From a bacterium (lineage in GTDB: Bacteria; Zhuqueibacterota; Zhuqueibacteria; Residuimicrobiales; Krinioviventaceae), in assembly GCA_963675755.2 (NCBI GenBank), contig CAXXMD010000003.1, forward strand, positions 640,001-704,000: a stretch of 64,000 nucleotides of DNA, in the 5' to 3' direction. Made by a program: the position numbers and the translations under genes. Every line of letters begins with the position of its first letter. Within the stretch, counting starts at the first letter, position 1. Below the pieces are notes generated by a model. That model saw only the letters and a list, made by a program, of their open reading frames with translations. It did no database searches and was not told where the DNA came from. Of this stretch, positions 9,193 to 19,293 are shown piece by piece.

Positions 9193-11898
9193 ATGAAAAG
9201 ATTCACCATTGGTTTTCTCCTTCTTTTATGTCTGTCTGGAAATTTATTATCTCAGACAACCGGTAAAATTGCCGGATCCATTAAAGATGTTGAAACAGGG
9301 GAGCCTCTTGTAGGTGTAAACGTTATGGTCGATGGCACCTATTTAGGTGGAGCTTCAAATATAGAGGGAAACTACTTTATTTTGAATGTTCCTCCGGGGA
9401 AATACACTATCAAATTCATGTGTATTGGTTATGCAACAAAACTCATAACTGACGTTCAAGTATCTGTAAACCGCACTTTAACTTTATCAACGACAATGAG
9501 CCAGGAAGCTTTGGATCTTGGTGAAGAAATTATCGTTTCCGCAGACCGCGTTGCTATCAAAAAAGACCAGACGAGTTCAATTCGAAATGTATCATCAGAA
9601 GATATTAATGTTCTTCCTGTTGAAAGCACCGGAAGCGTTGTTGCTATGCAACCGGGTGTTGTTCAGGGCCACTTTCGTGGTGGTCGTAGTAATGAGACTA
9701 GCTACTTGATCGATGGTATGTCTGTCAATAATGGGCTTAACAGAGGGCAAATGATAGAGATTGATCCTGATGCGGTACAGGAAGTAGAAGTCATTACCGG
9801 TACGTTCAGCGCCAAATATGGACAGGCTATGAGCGGTATTGTCAATGCAGTAACAAAAGAGGGCGGTAAAGACTTTCATGGTAAAATTGAAGGGTATTTA
9901 GGAAACTATTTTACTACCCATGATGATGTATATATCGGCCTTGAGCCATCTCAAATGGACCGTAACGAAGATTATAAGGTAATGTTACACGGCCCTGTTT
10001 TTGGCGACAAGCTGACATTTTTCACAAGTGCCAGAGTTCAGGATAATGATGGCTATTTAAATGGAGTCAGACGGTTCAATGTAACGGACCAACCGGATTA
10101 TAGTTTGTACCAAGACAGTACCTCATATGATCCTGAAACCGGCGCATACCTTTATAACGAAAATACAGGTGACAATGAATATGTTCCTATGAGCTGGTCC
10201 GAATCCATAAATTTCAACGGCAAGCTGACATACAAAATGCAAAACTTGAAAATGTCATTAATGTATTTACGTAATCAGAGTGAAGGACAATCTTACAGCC
10301 ATTCCAGAAAATATAAACCCGATGGTCGTAGTAGAAGTCACAACAAAAGTCAGATGCTGACCTACCAGTTGAACCATATTTTGAGTCCGGAATTATTTTA
10401 TGAAGTCAAAGTATCATATTCAAAAGATATGGGGGGCAGTTATCTATATGAAGACCCACAGGATAGTCGCTACATTCATGACTCTTTTTCAACAAATTCA
10501 TCATATACAGGATTTGTCACAGGTGGTCAAGATAAAGGCTATTCCAAAACAACAAGTAAAAAAATGCTCGGTCGTTTTGACATAACCTGGCAGGCCAACT
10601 ATAATCATAATATTGAAGCGGGTTTTCAGGGTGAACAATTTGATTATGATTATTTAGGCGGTTCGATTTTAAATTATTATAGAAACACTTCAGCGTCAGA
10701 TTTCCTTTATGCACCAGAGTTGCCGTCTGATTCAACCGTATATACAGACAGCTACCAAAAGAAACCCTATCAATTTGCTGGTTGGATTTCAGACAAAATG
10801 GAATATAACAACATGGTTATTGATTTGGGTGTAAGAGGTGAATACTTTGATCCAAATACAACTTACCCTTCCAACTATAGAAATCCCAGTAACCTGCTTC
10901 AAAAAGAAGGCACAGAAGATTGGGTTAGTACATATCCAAAAGCAAAAGCTAAAATTAATATAGCCCCACGTTTAGGTTTATCTTATAAATTGGGTGAAAC
11001 AGCATTGCTGCGTTTTAGCTATGGCCACTTTTATCAATATCCCCCACATAGCACCATGTATCTCAACAGCTCTTATGTAATCTCACCTGGAGATTATGAG
11101 ACCACATTGGGTAATCCCAATGTTGACCCGGAGATGACTGTTAGTTATGAAATAGGTTTATGGCAGATGCTTAATGATTATATGGATCTTGAAGTCGCTC
11201 TTTGGTACAGAGATATTTATAACCTGTCCACAGTCAATATTGTTACCACCTATAATTCTGTTCGATATGGACTCTATGGCAATAAAGACTATGGAAACGC
11301 AAGAGGCCTCGAGCTGAAATACAATGCACATGTTGCAAACTTTTTTGCCGAAGTCAATTATACCCTACAATACACACGTGGTAATGCTGATAATCCTATC
11401 TTTACCTTTAGTCGTGCAGGTAGCAGCCAGGATCCTATTCCAACATTAATACCAATGAGTTGGGACCAGCGTCATACTGTCAATATGTCTATTGGATATA
11501 ACTTGAGCAAATGGGGTGTATCAGTAATGGGTTGGGCAGGATCAGGTTCTGCATACACATGGAGTCCAATCAGTGAAAACCCATTAAACCGAATTAATTT
11601 ATATCCAAATGGAGCAAGTAAACCTGCTCACTATAAATTTGATTTAAAAGCACATTATGACATTGCTACCATTATGGGAGCCAAATTTATTGCAACCTTA
11701 CGGGTATATAATCTTTTTGATCACTTGAACGAAAACAATGTAAACTCGAATACAGGACGCACCAACCAGGCGATTATCAAACCCAGCGACCTGTTAGGTT
11801 TTTATAGTGATTTTAGTACTTATGAAGAAAGTATTTACAGCCCCGCAAACTGGTCTGCGCCTCGATTAGTCAAATTGGGCCTTGGTATTTCGTTTTAA
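9193..11898 (+). CDS. TonB-dependent receptor with N-terminal carboxypeptidase-regulatory-like domain (not SusC-type)
   Basis: Signal peptide, TGKIAGSIKD..GEPL.G.NV, plug (HFRGGRSNE..YLIDG, GTFSAKYG..MSGIVN.VTKEG), barrel (APRLGLSY, FSYGHFYQ), C-terminal ISF. Confidence 0.95.
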   Translation: MKRFTIGFLLLLCLSGNLLSQTTGKIAGSIKDVETGEPLVGVNVMVDGTYLGGASNIEGNYFILNVPPGKYTIKFMCIGYATKLITDVQVSVNRTLTLSTTMSQEALDLGEEIIVSADRVAIKKDQTSSIRNVSSEDINVLPVESTGSVVAMQPGVVQGHFRGGRSNETSYLIDGMSVNNGLNRGQMIEIDPDAVQEVEVITGTFSAKYGQAMSGIVNAVTKEGGKDFHGKIEGYLGNYFTTHDDVYIGLEPSQMDRNEDYKVMLHGPVFGDKLTFFTSARVQDNDGYLNGVRRFNVTDQPDYSLYQDSTSYDPETGAYLYNENTGDNEYVPMSWSESINFNGKLTYKMQNLKMSLMYLRNQSEGQSYSHSRKYKPDGRSRSHNKSQMLTYQLNHILSPELFYEVKVSYSKDMGGSYLYEDPQDSRYIHDSFSTNSSYTGFVTGGQDKGYSKTTSKKMLGRFDITWQANYNHNIEAGFQGEQFDYDYLGGSILNYYRNTSASDFLYAPELPSDSTVYTDSYQKKPYQFAGWISDKMEYNNMVIDLGVRGEYFDPNTTYPSNYRNPSNLLQKEGTEDWVSTYPKAKAKINIAPRLGLSYKLGETALLRFSYGHFYQYPPHSTMYLNSSYVISPGDYETTLGNPNVDPEMTVSYEIGLWQMLNDYMDLEVALWYRDIYNLSTVNIVTTYNSVRYGLYGNKDYGNARGLELKYNAHVANFFAEVNYTLQYTRGNADNPIFTFSRAGSSQDPIPTLIPMSWDQRHTVNMSIGYNLSKWGVSVMGWAGSGSAYTWSPISENPLNRINLYPNGASKPAHYKFDLKAHYDIATIMGAKFIATLRVYNLFDHLNENNVNSNTGRTNQAIIKPSDLLGFYSDFSTYEESIYSPANWSAPRLVKLGLGISF

Positions 11899-11917
11899 GA
11901 ACTTTTGAATTAAAGGT

Positions 11918-14900
11918 GTGAATCTAATGAGAGGAAGAATTTCGAAAGGATTTTTAACTATGAGGATAAAACTTTTTATTCTTTGTTTTGGATTATTATT
12001 TCTTAGCATAACCGACCTCTATGCTCAGGGGAAAACTTATGACGGTCCTCAAGACAGCGCAGGTGATCCATATCTGGAGCGCGAAGGTGTAATGTCAGGT
12101 AACCGTGTTCAATTGAATTTTAAAAACAATACGGAATTGGGTGGTTATCCCGTTGCTACAACCGCGTGGTGGCCAAAAGGTGTTGGTGGAAACAAAATGC
12201 ATGACAATATGGGTCTGTTAATAAGCTCAGCTGTCTGCATTACCCAAGATTCAATTCCGGTCACTGATCCTGATGAAATCAAAGCACTGGAAGCTCAGGG
12301 TCTGATTGATACTCTATTTTATTGCCAAACCAATTATAGAGAAGAAATGGACCGTGACCCTACCGGTCAGGTAGAATGGGGTTTTCATCCGGTTCCTGGC
12401 TATATGAACAATGCCAGTGAAACTCCGGCATTAAGCAATGATCCGGACTCATGGCCAACACACGGCTGGCTTTATACAGGACGCCAAACGCATTGGATGG
12501 GCGAATGGGATGGCCGTTTTGGTCGTGGCCAAATTAAAGCAGATTTAGAAGCATATTTTGTTGCCAACGATGCTCAGGATCTCGAATACCTGGGAGATGA
12601 CGACAAAGTTAAATATTATCCACGCAAAGATGTTAAAATTGGTGATATTGATGGCAGTGTGACTGTGCAAAAAGGAGAGCCCTGGGGTGGTCTGGGAATC
12701 AGAGTAAAACAAAGAGGTTTTCAGTGGAATAATCCCATGGCCCAGGACTGTATCTTTTGGGAATATACTGTTGCAAATATTTCAGACTATGATCTACCCA
12801 ATATGGCATTTGGTTACTGGCTTGACAATAATATTGGTGGTGAAAACACGGGTGAAGATGGTAATTTCAATAAAGTTATGAACTTGTCATATTGTTGGGA
12901 CACTGATGGAGTTGGTTCAGGTGGATATAAAACCGGAACCGCGGGTTATGCTTATCTTGAAAGTCCTGGTATTTTTAATGACTTTATAGATAATGATCAA
13001 GATGGTTTGGTCGATGAAGAACGAGATAATGATGCCGGTATGTTTATCGGCAAGTATGACGGTATAACAAATTTAGATGATTTTCTGTCTTTTTATGGCA
13101 AAACAGAAGAAGACCTGGTAGAGCATTGGTCAGGTGACGAAGATCAGGATTGGTCAGATGGTGAAGATACCAATAATGACGGAATTTATCAGGCAGATGA
13201 ATATGCCGGTGACGATATAGGTCTCGACGGTGTTTCTCCCAGTGAATTAAATTATACCGGTCCCGATGCTGATGGTACTGAATGTAATCACAAACCGGAC
13301 ATTGGAGAAGGTTACGCGGAACCAAACTTTGGCTGGACGGATGTAACAGAAACAGACATGTTGGGTTTAACAACATTGTTATTTTACGAAGCGCCTATAC
13401 ATACAGCGCCTTATGTAAACTGGTTCAGAAATGATGAATCTGTATATAGAAACATGACCTGTGGAATTCTGGAAGCCGGTGCCACACACATTGACAACCT
13501 GTTCCAGCTCTTTTCTACTGCGATCTTTCCGCTTTATCGTGGTCAAACTGAATTTATCTCAATTTCAGAACTACATACTTATGATGACCTTGCAGGTTTG
13601 ACTTCTGCTGAACACTCTGCTCCGGCACTCTTTACATTAAAAAATGTAGTTCAGCTTATATATGAAAAAGACTATCGTTTTGCTCAACCACCAGAAATGC
13701 CCAAACTGACTGCTGTTGCCGGTGATGGTTTTGTTCAATTAATGTGGGATGACCGTTCAGACCGGTTGACAAAGGAATCCTTTCTCAATGGTGAAAATGA
13801 CTTTGAAGGCTATAAAGTGTATCGTTCCACAGATCCGGATATGCTTGATCCTATGGTAATAACAGATGGTTATGGATCTGCAGCTTTTTCAAAACCTATT
13901 TTTCAATGCGATCTTAAAAACGAGTATGAAGGTTTTGCCACTTGGGGATTTTTGAATGGAACAGCTTATTATCTGGGTGACAACTCTGGTATAGCGTATT
14001 CATTTAAAGACGAAACCGTTCAAAATGGACGTACCTATTATTATGCCCTGGTAGCTTACGACTATGGTATTGAACCTGACAAACTTAAAGGTACCTCCCT
14101 CATATCTCAGGATGAAAATGCCGGTATCTCACCTTCTGAAAACAATGCTATTATTAGAAAAGATGATTCTGAAAACATAGAATTCATCGGAGCAAATGTG
14201 GCAATTGTTACCCCCGGTTCTGATGCTGCGGGAGAGGAAGTGACGGTTGATTTTCAAGTTGATGATAATGGTTCTATTGGTGGTGGTAAAATTGTTCCCA
14301 AAGTTATTGATATCAATTCATTAAAAGATGACCACGTCTATAAAATAAAATTCTCTTATAATCAGATTGATTCTGCTTACAGATACCATGCAGGTTATGG
14401 ATATAAATACACTGCCAATGGCTTAAAAGTCTATGATGTAACCGAAGATAACAGACTAGTTCTTTCAGACCTTTTAGGAAGTGGCGGCCCTGCCAACATG
14501 ACTTCCATTATTGAAAAGGACGACTATTACCACCTGGCTTCTTCCGAGCTCATGTGGACGGATATTTTTGATGGAATACAACTGGGCGTAAAAATGGATG
14601 CTGCATTGTCAGAACTCGATGTGGCAAACACAGGATGGATGCCTGGTGAATCTCCCATGAACATCCGCTATATTGATAACCTGGCAATGGAATGCTATAG
14701 CTGGGATTATAACATTGTCTTTTCCGATCAACCCCTGCATAAAACACAAATTACTCAGAGATATGCGGCTTATCTGGACGATGAAAATGGAAACAGATTA
14801 AATAAAGATGAATTGCTGGTTGAAGAAGAGTTTAACTTTAGAATTGAATGCCTGGATTTTGCCGATACTACCGGAGCACCTCGTGTTTTAGATATGCTGG

Positions 14901-15502
14901 TCCAGGACATGAATGCTAACGGCCAGTTTGACATTTTAGAAGATCGTATTTTGGTTGGTCCCTATAATGCAAATAAATTATGGGATGGCGTTTTGTTTAT
15001 CATTGATTTCCAACGTTGCGATGACGAAAGTGACTTGCCCAAAGCAAACGACGTTTATGCCATTCGCCACTTGAAACCGTGGTACAAAACCGATTCATTA
15101 ACATTCACAGTTTCTGCCGAAAAATTGATCAATACGGAAAGTGCAAAATCATTAATGGATTCTATCCGCGTGGTTCCAAATCCTTATGTTGCTACAAACA
15201 TGATGGAACCCTCAGTGGTCAATAAATATCTGAACCAGCGTAGAAGATTATTGTTTACGAATCTACCTGCCCAATGTACAATCAAAATCTTTACTGTTAG
15301 TGGAATGCTTGTACGGGAATTAAATAGCCCGGGAGATTGCTTGACAACCTTTTCAGGCTTTGGTGACAATAATACCGGTACTCTTCACTGGGATATGCTA
15401 TCCTGGGAAGGATTGGAAATAGCTGCCGGTATGTATTTATATCATGTTAAAGATGATGAGACCGGTGAAGAAAAAGTCGGCAAATTTGGTGTCATTAAAT
15501 AA
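11918..15502 (+). CDS. Large secreted protein with Asp-rich Ca-binding-like loops, FN3-like domain and C-terminal T9SS-like sorting domain (start probably ATG 11960)
   Basis: Signal peptide MRIKLFILCF, DNDQDGLVDE/DTNNDG motifs, PP..PKL...WD..FEGYKVYRS...GRTYYYALVAYD, C-terminal IRVVPNPY..FTNLP..CTIKIFT..G.Y.YHV..KFGVIK. Confidence 0.85.
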   Translation: MNLMRGRISKGFLTMRIKLFILCFGLLFLSITDLYAQGKTYDGPQDSAGDPYLEREGVMSGNRVQLNFKNNTELGGYPVATTAWWPKGVGGNKMHDNMGLLISSAVCITQDSIPVTDPDEIKALEAQGLIDTLFYCQTNYREEMDRDPTGQVEWGFHPVPGYMNNASETPALSNDPDSWPTHGWLYTGRQTHWMGEWDGRFGRGQIKADLEAYFVANDAQDLEYLGDDDKVKYYPRKDVKIGDIDGSVTVQKGEPWGGLGIRVKQRGFQWNNPMAQDCIFWEYTVANISDYDLPNMAFGYWLDNNIGGENTGEDGNFNKVMNLSYCWDTDGVGSGGYKTGTAGYAYLESPGIFNDFIDNDQDGLVDEERDNDAGMFIGKYDGITNLDDFLSFYGKTEEDLVEHWSGDEDQDWSDGEDTNNDGIYQADEYAGDDIGLDGVSPSELNYTGPDADGTECNHKPDIGEGYAEPNFGWTDVTETDMLGLTTLLFYEAPIHTAPYVNWFRNDESVYRNMTCGILEAGATHIDNLFQLFSTAIFPLYRGQTEFISISELHTYDDLAGLTSAEHSAPALFTLKNVVQLIYEKDYRFAQPPEMPKLTAVAGDGFVQLMWDDRSDRLTKESFLNGENDFEGYKVYRSTDPDMLDPMVITDGYGSAAFSKPIFQCDLKNEYEGFATWGFLNGTAYYLGDNSGIAYSFKDETVQNGRTYYYALVAYDYGIEPDKLKGTSLISQDENAGISPSENNAIIRKDDSENIEFIGANVAIVTPGSDAAGEEVTVDFQVDDNGSIGGGKIVPKVIDINSLKDDHVYKIKFSYNQIDSAYRYHAGYGYKYTANGLKVYDVTEDNRLVLSDLLGSGGPANMTSIIEKDDYYHLASSELMWTDIFDGIQLGVKMDAALSELDVANTGWMPGESPMNIRYIDNLAMECYSWDYNIVFSDQPLHKTQITQRYAAYLDDENGNRLNKDELLVEEEFNFRIECLDFADTTGAPRVLDMLVQDMNANGQFDILEDRILVGPYNANKLWDGVLFIIDFQRCDDESDLPKANDVYAIRHLKPWYKTDSLTFTVSAEKLINTESAKSLMDSIRVVPNPYVATNMMEPSVVNKYLNQRRRLLFTNLPAQCTIKIFTVSGMLVRELNSPGDCLTTFSGFGDNNTGTLHWDMLSWEGLEIAAGMYLYHVKDDETGEEKVGKFGVIK

Positions 15503-15539
15503 GTTCACGAAAATTTTTAAAGATTGAAAGGATAAAGTA

Positions 15540-16601
15540 ATGTTAAGAGGACACCTTAGAGTTTCAATTTTGACATTTTTTTTACTGATAAGCATTCAGG
15601 GACTAGCTCAGCAACCCTATAGGGTTGGAACAACATCCGCTAGTTTTTTGGAAATTGGAATAGGCGCTGCAGGTAATGCCATGGGAGATGCATATGTTGC
15701 ATCAACCGGAGATATGTCATCCATTTATTGGAATCCTGCAGGTCTTGCTTTTTTGAAATCTAACGAAGCACTGTTTATGTATCAACCCTGGGTGGTTGAC
15801 ATTAATTCAATGTTTTCCGGATTCGCTATGCCATTACAGGGGTTAGGCACCATTGCAGTAGGCATATTTAGCCTCAATTATGGCGATATCGATGTAACAA
15901 CACTTGAATACCAGAATGGTACTGGTGAAAAATATACAGCAATGGATTACAACTTTAGTTTATCATATGCCCAAAGTATTGCTCAATGGTTTTCCTTTGG
16001 TGCCACATTTAAATACATCAGCTCAAAAATCTGGCATACCAACAGTCATGCAATTGCGGCTGATTTGGGTGTACTTGTTCAAACCCCGTTCTTCTCACCT
16101 AACAGCAAGAATGAAGATGGTCTTCGAATTGGTATGAGCATATCAAATTATGGTTCAAAGATGGAATACGATGGTGATGATTTGCTGATTCCGGTAGACA
16201 TTGACGTAGATGCTAACGGTAATTATCAAAATCTTCAGGGGAAATATAAAATGTCTGAATGGGAATTACCACTCATTTTCCGGGTTGGTATTGCCGTTAC
16301 TCCTATCTCTTTGGGAAACCAAAAATTAGTCCTGGAGGCTGACGCCCTGCATCCAAACAACATGGGTGAATCCATTAATGCCGGTGCAGAATATAAATTT
16401 TTTGCCCCGGGATATGGAGATTTTTCTCTACGGGCAGGTTACAAAGCCTTGTTTTTAGAAAAATCTAATTATGGGCCCACTTTTGGAGCTGGTTTAAATT
16501 ATCATCTTTCTCCAAATCTGTCATTCAATATTGATTATGCCTATCGTACTCTGGGAGTATTGGGTAATATTCATTGCAGCAGCTTTGGTGTACAATTTTA
16601 A
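15540..16601 (+). CDS. PorV/PorQ (UPF0164)-like outer-membrane beta-barrel
   Basis: FLEIGIGA...AMGDAY, SIYWNPAGLA, LPLIFRVG, LRAGY, DYAY, C-terminal F. Confidence 0.9.
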   Translation: MLRGHLRVSILTFFLLISIQGLAQQPYRVGTTSASFLEIGIGAAGNAMGDAYVASTGDMSSIYWNPAGLAFLKSNEALFMYQPWVVDINSMFSGFAMPLQGLGTIAVGIFSLNYGDIDVTTLEYQNGTGEKYTAMDYNFSLSYAQSIAQWFSFGATFKYISSKIWHTNSHAIAADLGVLVQTPFFSPNSKNEDGLRIGMSISNYGSKMEYDGDDLLIPVDIDVDANGNYQNLQGKYKMSEWELPLIFRVGIAVTPISLGNQKLVLEADALHPNNMGESINAGAEYKFFAPGYGDFSLRAGYKALFLEKSNYGPTFGAGLNYHLSPNLSFNIDYAYRTLGVLGNIHCSSFGVQF

Positions 16602-16661
16602 TTACCATCCAATAATTGATAACTCTTTGAACAAGAGTTTATAATAGATATAGGAGGCACA

Positions 16662-17477
16662 ATGAAATATAGGATTTTAATTCTGTTTGTGGCGATAGTT
16701 AGCTTTGGAATTGTTGCGTGTGATTTTAATAGCCATACTGAGCCAGAATTGAATTACGACAAGGCAAAAATATTAGGAGATGAAATATATATAAATCAAT
16801 CGGACGAAAGACCGCAGGGAATTGATTCGCTGTATATTAATGAAGGCGATACATTGCTGCTTAAACTCACTACCCAGCTATTGGAAGATCCTGAATATCA
16901 GTGGATAATTGAAGATAACAGTGTTTTCGAAATTCTACCCATTGCAGATGATCCAACTTCGTTTTATGCAGTTGCCAAAACTGATAGCGGAGCAACAACC
17001 AGTTTTACACTAAAAGACAACATTAATGAAGCAAAAAAACAAATGCAAGTTATTGTGACTAAATTCTGGGCGGATCCCGATATATATATATTGCTGGGCC
17101 GTTTTGGCGGTCACTGTTATTACATCTCTCGTTCAAAAATCACCTGGCCTGAAGCTAATTACAACTGTGAACTTGCCGGCGGATATTTGCCTTGCATTGC
17201 AACCCAGGAAGAGCACTCTTTTCTTTTCAATGCAATGATGGATCTTGATATGGGTGAAACATGGATCGGTATTCGTTATGAACCCACTGGTGAAGGTGGT
17301 TTTACACTCCTGAATTGGATTAATGGAGATGAACTAACCTATGAATATTTTAAAAGCAAAGACGGTGTTGATGGTTTTAATGCAAGATACTTTTTCGCCA
17401 TGTTAACTACCGAAGGCGGTCTTTGGTACAACTATGCTGTTGCTGACCGGTGTAACTACTTTTTGGAACTTGAATAA
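16662..17477 (+). CDS. Lipoprotein with C-terminal C-type lectin-like domain
   Basis: Lipobox IVAC. FGGHCYY...TWPEA..NC...GGYL.CI....E..FL....WIG...W...C..YFLE matches the CTLD pattern. Confidence 0.85.
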   Translation: MKYRILILFVAIVSFGIVACDFNSHTEPELNYDKAKILGDEIYINQSDERPQGIDSLYINEGDTLLLKLTTQLLEDPEYQWIIEDNSVFEILPIADDPTSFYAVAKTDSGATTSFTLKDNINEAKKQMQVIVTKFWADPDIYILLGRFGGHCYYISRSKITWPEANYNCELAGGYLPCIATQEEHSFLFNAMMDLDMGETWIGIRYEPTGEGGFTLLNWINGDELTYEYFKSKDGVDGFNARYFFAMLTTEGGLWYNYAVADRCNYFLELE

Positions 17478-17507
17478 AAGCACCGCTTCTCAAACAAAAT
17501 AAACTCG

Positions 17508-17543
17508 TTAAATGTCCGATCTTTATTTAGATCGGACATTTAA
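17508..17543 (+). terminator. Strong hairpin (terminator or mRNA stabiliser)
   Basis: TTAAATGTCCGATCT-ttattt-AGATCGGACATTTAA. Confidence 0.75.
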
Positions 17544-17581
17544 TTCAATCATTACAATTATTAAAATGTTGGTTAATTACC

Positions 17582-19075
17582 ATGAAGTATAAAATTTTAA
17601 TATTGATATTATTTCTTTTTTCTTGCAGTACAAAAACACCCAAAGAGCCTCAGGAAAAAATCCTTGTAGACATTGACGGCAAGGCTACTATTAGTGTTAA
17701 CGAATTTTTACGCCGTGCCGAATATGTTCCAAGACCAGACTATTGTAAAGCAAATACATATATCCATAAAAAAATCATATTAAACTCACTCATTGCAGAA
17801 AAGTTACTTGCACTTGAAGCCGGGAATGATTCCCCCTTGTTGGAAAATATAGAGTTTCAAAACTATATCAAAGGTCATAAAGAACAGGCAATGCGTCAAT
17901 ATATGCATCATGTTGAAGCTACAGATAAAGTTGTTTTAGACAATGCTGAATTAACAAATGCATATAAATTTGCAGGTCGTGAATATGATGTTGCTTATTT
18001 CACAATCGTTGATAGTTCCGTTGCAGAAAAAGCACATGATGAACTGGTACAGAATCCTCAACAATTTGATGAATTCTATTTTCAAATGACGGGTCAAAAA
18101 AATGTACCAAATCGTAAAGTTCAATGGAACAGTGATGAGCACGTAAAGCTGCATCAAACTTTATTCTCACAAGACATTACCAAGGGACAAGTGCTGTCAC
18201 CAATCAAATTTGATGAAAATGGTTATCTTTTTATCAAAATACTTGGCTGGACAGATACTAAAGTCATTACAGAAAAACAGCAGCGAGAAAGACTTGATCA
18301 GATAACCGAAAAATTAACAGAGATTAAAGCTAGTGCCATTTGGGAAAATCGTGTTTCTGAAATTATGCGTGGTAAACGTATGGATTTTAACAAAGACGTT
18401 TTCAATAAAATGGCAGAAATTTTATATGCTTCTTATTTCCCAACATCAGAAGAAAAAAAGGATATTGCTATTAACCAATTATGGCAACAGGAAGATGAAC
18501 AGAACCCAAAATCATTACAAGATATGTCCAATGAGGTGTTTTTACAAGAACCTTTTTTCACTATTGATGGTAACGTGTGGACAGTTGATGATTTTCGGAA
18601 TGCCCTCATGTCTCACCCACTTGTGTTCCGAACCAATAAAGTTAATCCCAATGAATTCCCCCAACAGTTACGTCTCGCTATTGCAGACCTTGTTCGGGAT
18701 CATTTTATAACCCAACAAGCTTATAAAGCAGGTTACGATAAAGTCAATATTGTTGAAAGAAATGTCAACATGTGGAAGGATACTTTTTTTGCATTAAATG
18801 AAAAACACCAATTTTTAGATTCTGTACATGAAAACAGAGATTTTGCAAAAAATTATCATGAAATACTAGATGAAACTTTGAATCCATACATCAACAAGCT
18901 ACAGGAAAAATATTACAAAAAAGTCAAACTGGATTTCAAGACATTTGAAGACATCTCTCTTTCTTCTATAGATTTATTGGTTATGCACCAGGACCAACCA
19001 TATAAATATGTTGTACCATTATTTCCAATAATCACTAACGACCATTTGATAGAATATGTAGATAAAATTCATTAA
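17582..19075 (+). CDS. Lipoprotein, SurA/PrsA-like chaperone (degenerate PPIase-type)
   Basis: Lipobox LFSC. ISVNEFLRR, LNSLIAEKLLALEA, GQVLSPIK..GY.FIK, and a second TIDG.VWTVDDF repeat. Confidence 0.65.
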   Translation: MKYKILILILFLFSCSTKTPKEPQEKILVDIDGKATISVNEFLRRAEYVPRPDYCKANTYIHKKIILNSLIAEKLLALEAGNDSPLLENIEFQNYIKGHKEQAMRQYMHHVEATDKVVLDNAELTNAYKFAGREYDVAYFTIVDSSVAEKAHDELVQNPQQFDEFYFQMTGQKNVPNRKVQWNSDEHVKLHQTLFSQDITKGQVLSPIKFDENGYLFIKILGWTDTKVITEKQQRERLDQITEKLTEIKASAIWENRVSEIMRGKRMDFNKDVFNKMAEILYASYFPTSEEKKDIAINQLWQQEDEQNPKSLQDMSNEVFLQEPFFTIDGNVWTVDDFRNALMSHPLVFRTNKVNPNEFPQQLRLAIADLVRDHFITQQAYKAGYDKVNIVERNVNMWKDTFFALNEKHQFLDSVHENRDFAKNYHEILDETLNPYINKLQEKYYKKVKLDFKTFEDISLSSIDLLVMHQDQPYKYVVPLFPIITNDHLIEYVDKIH

Positions 19076-19080
19076 GACAC

Positions 19081-19139
19081 AAAGGAGGTGATACAAAAAG
19101 CTACTCATTTTTACGTAATAATATTTAAAGGAGGTGATA
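19081..19139 (+). promoter_or_regulatory. Two extended Shine-Dalgarno-like motifs without start codons
   Basis: AAAGGAGGTGATA at 19081-19093 and 19127-19139, 155-200 nt upstream of ATG 19294. Confidence 0.55.
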
Positions 19140-19293
19140 AGAAAAACTGTTGATCAATTCGGAATATTCAAAACCAGACTTGATCAAGAAAAAGTATCTT
19201 TTGTTTTGAAATGTGATAAAATCGAATAATTCGAAAGAAACGCAGATCAATTCATAATTACTACTCATTTGCTACGTTAGGAGAAATGAAAAC

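Noticed and set aside
9138-9195. Frameshifted N-terminal extension of the TonB receptor via the A7 run
   Set aside because: Removing one A gives an immediate in-frame TAA, and ATG 9193 already has its own RBS and signal peptide.
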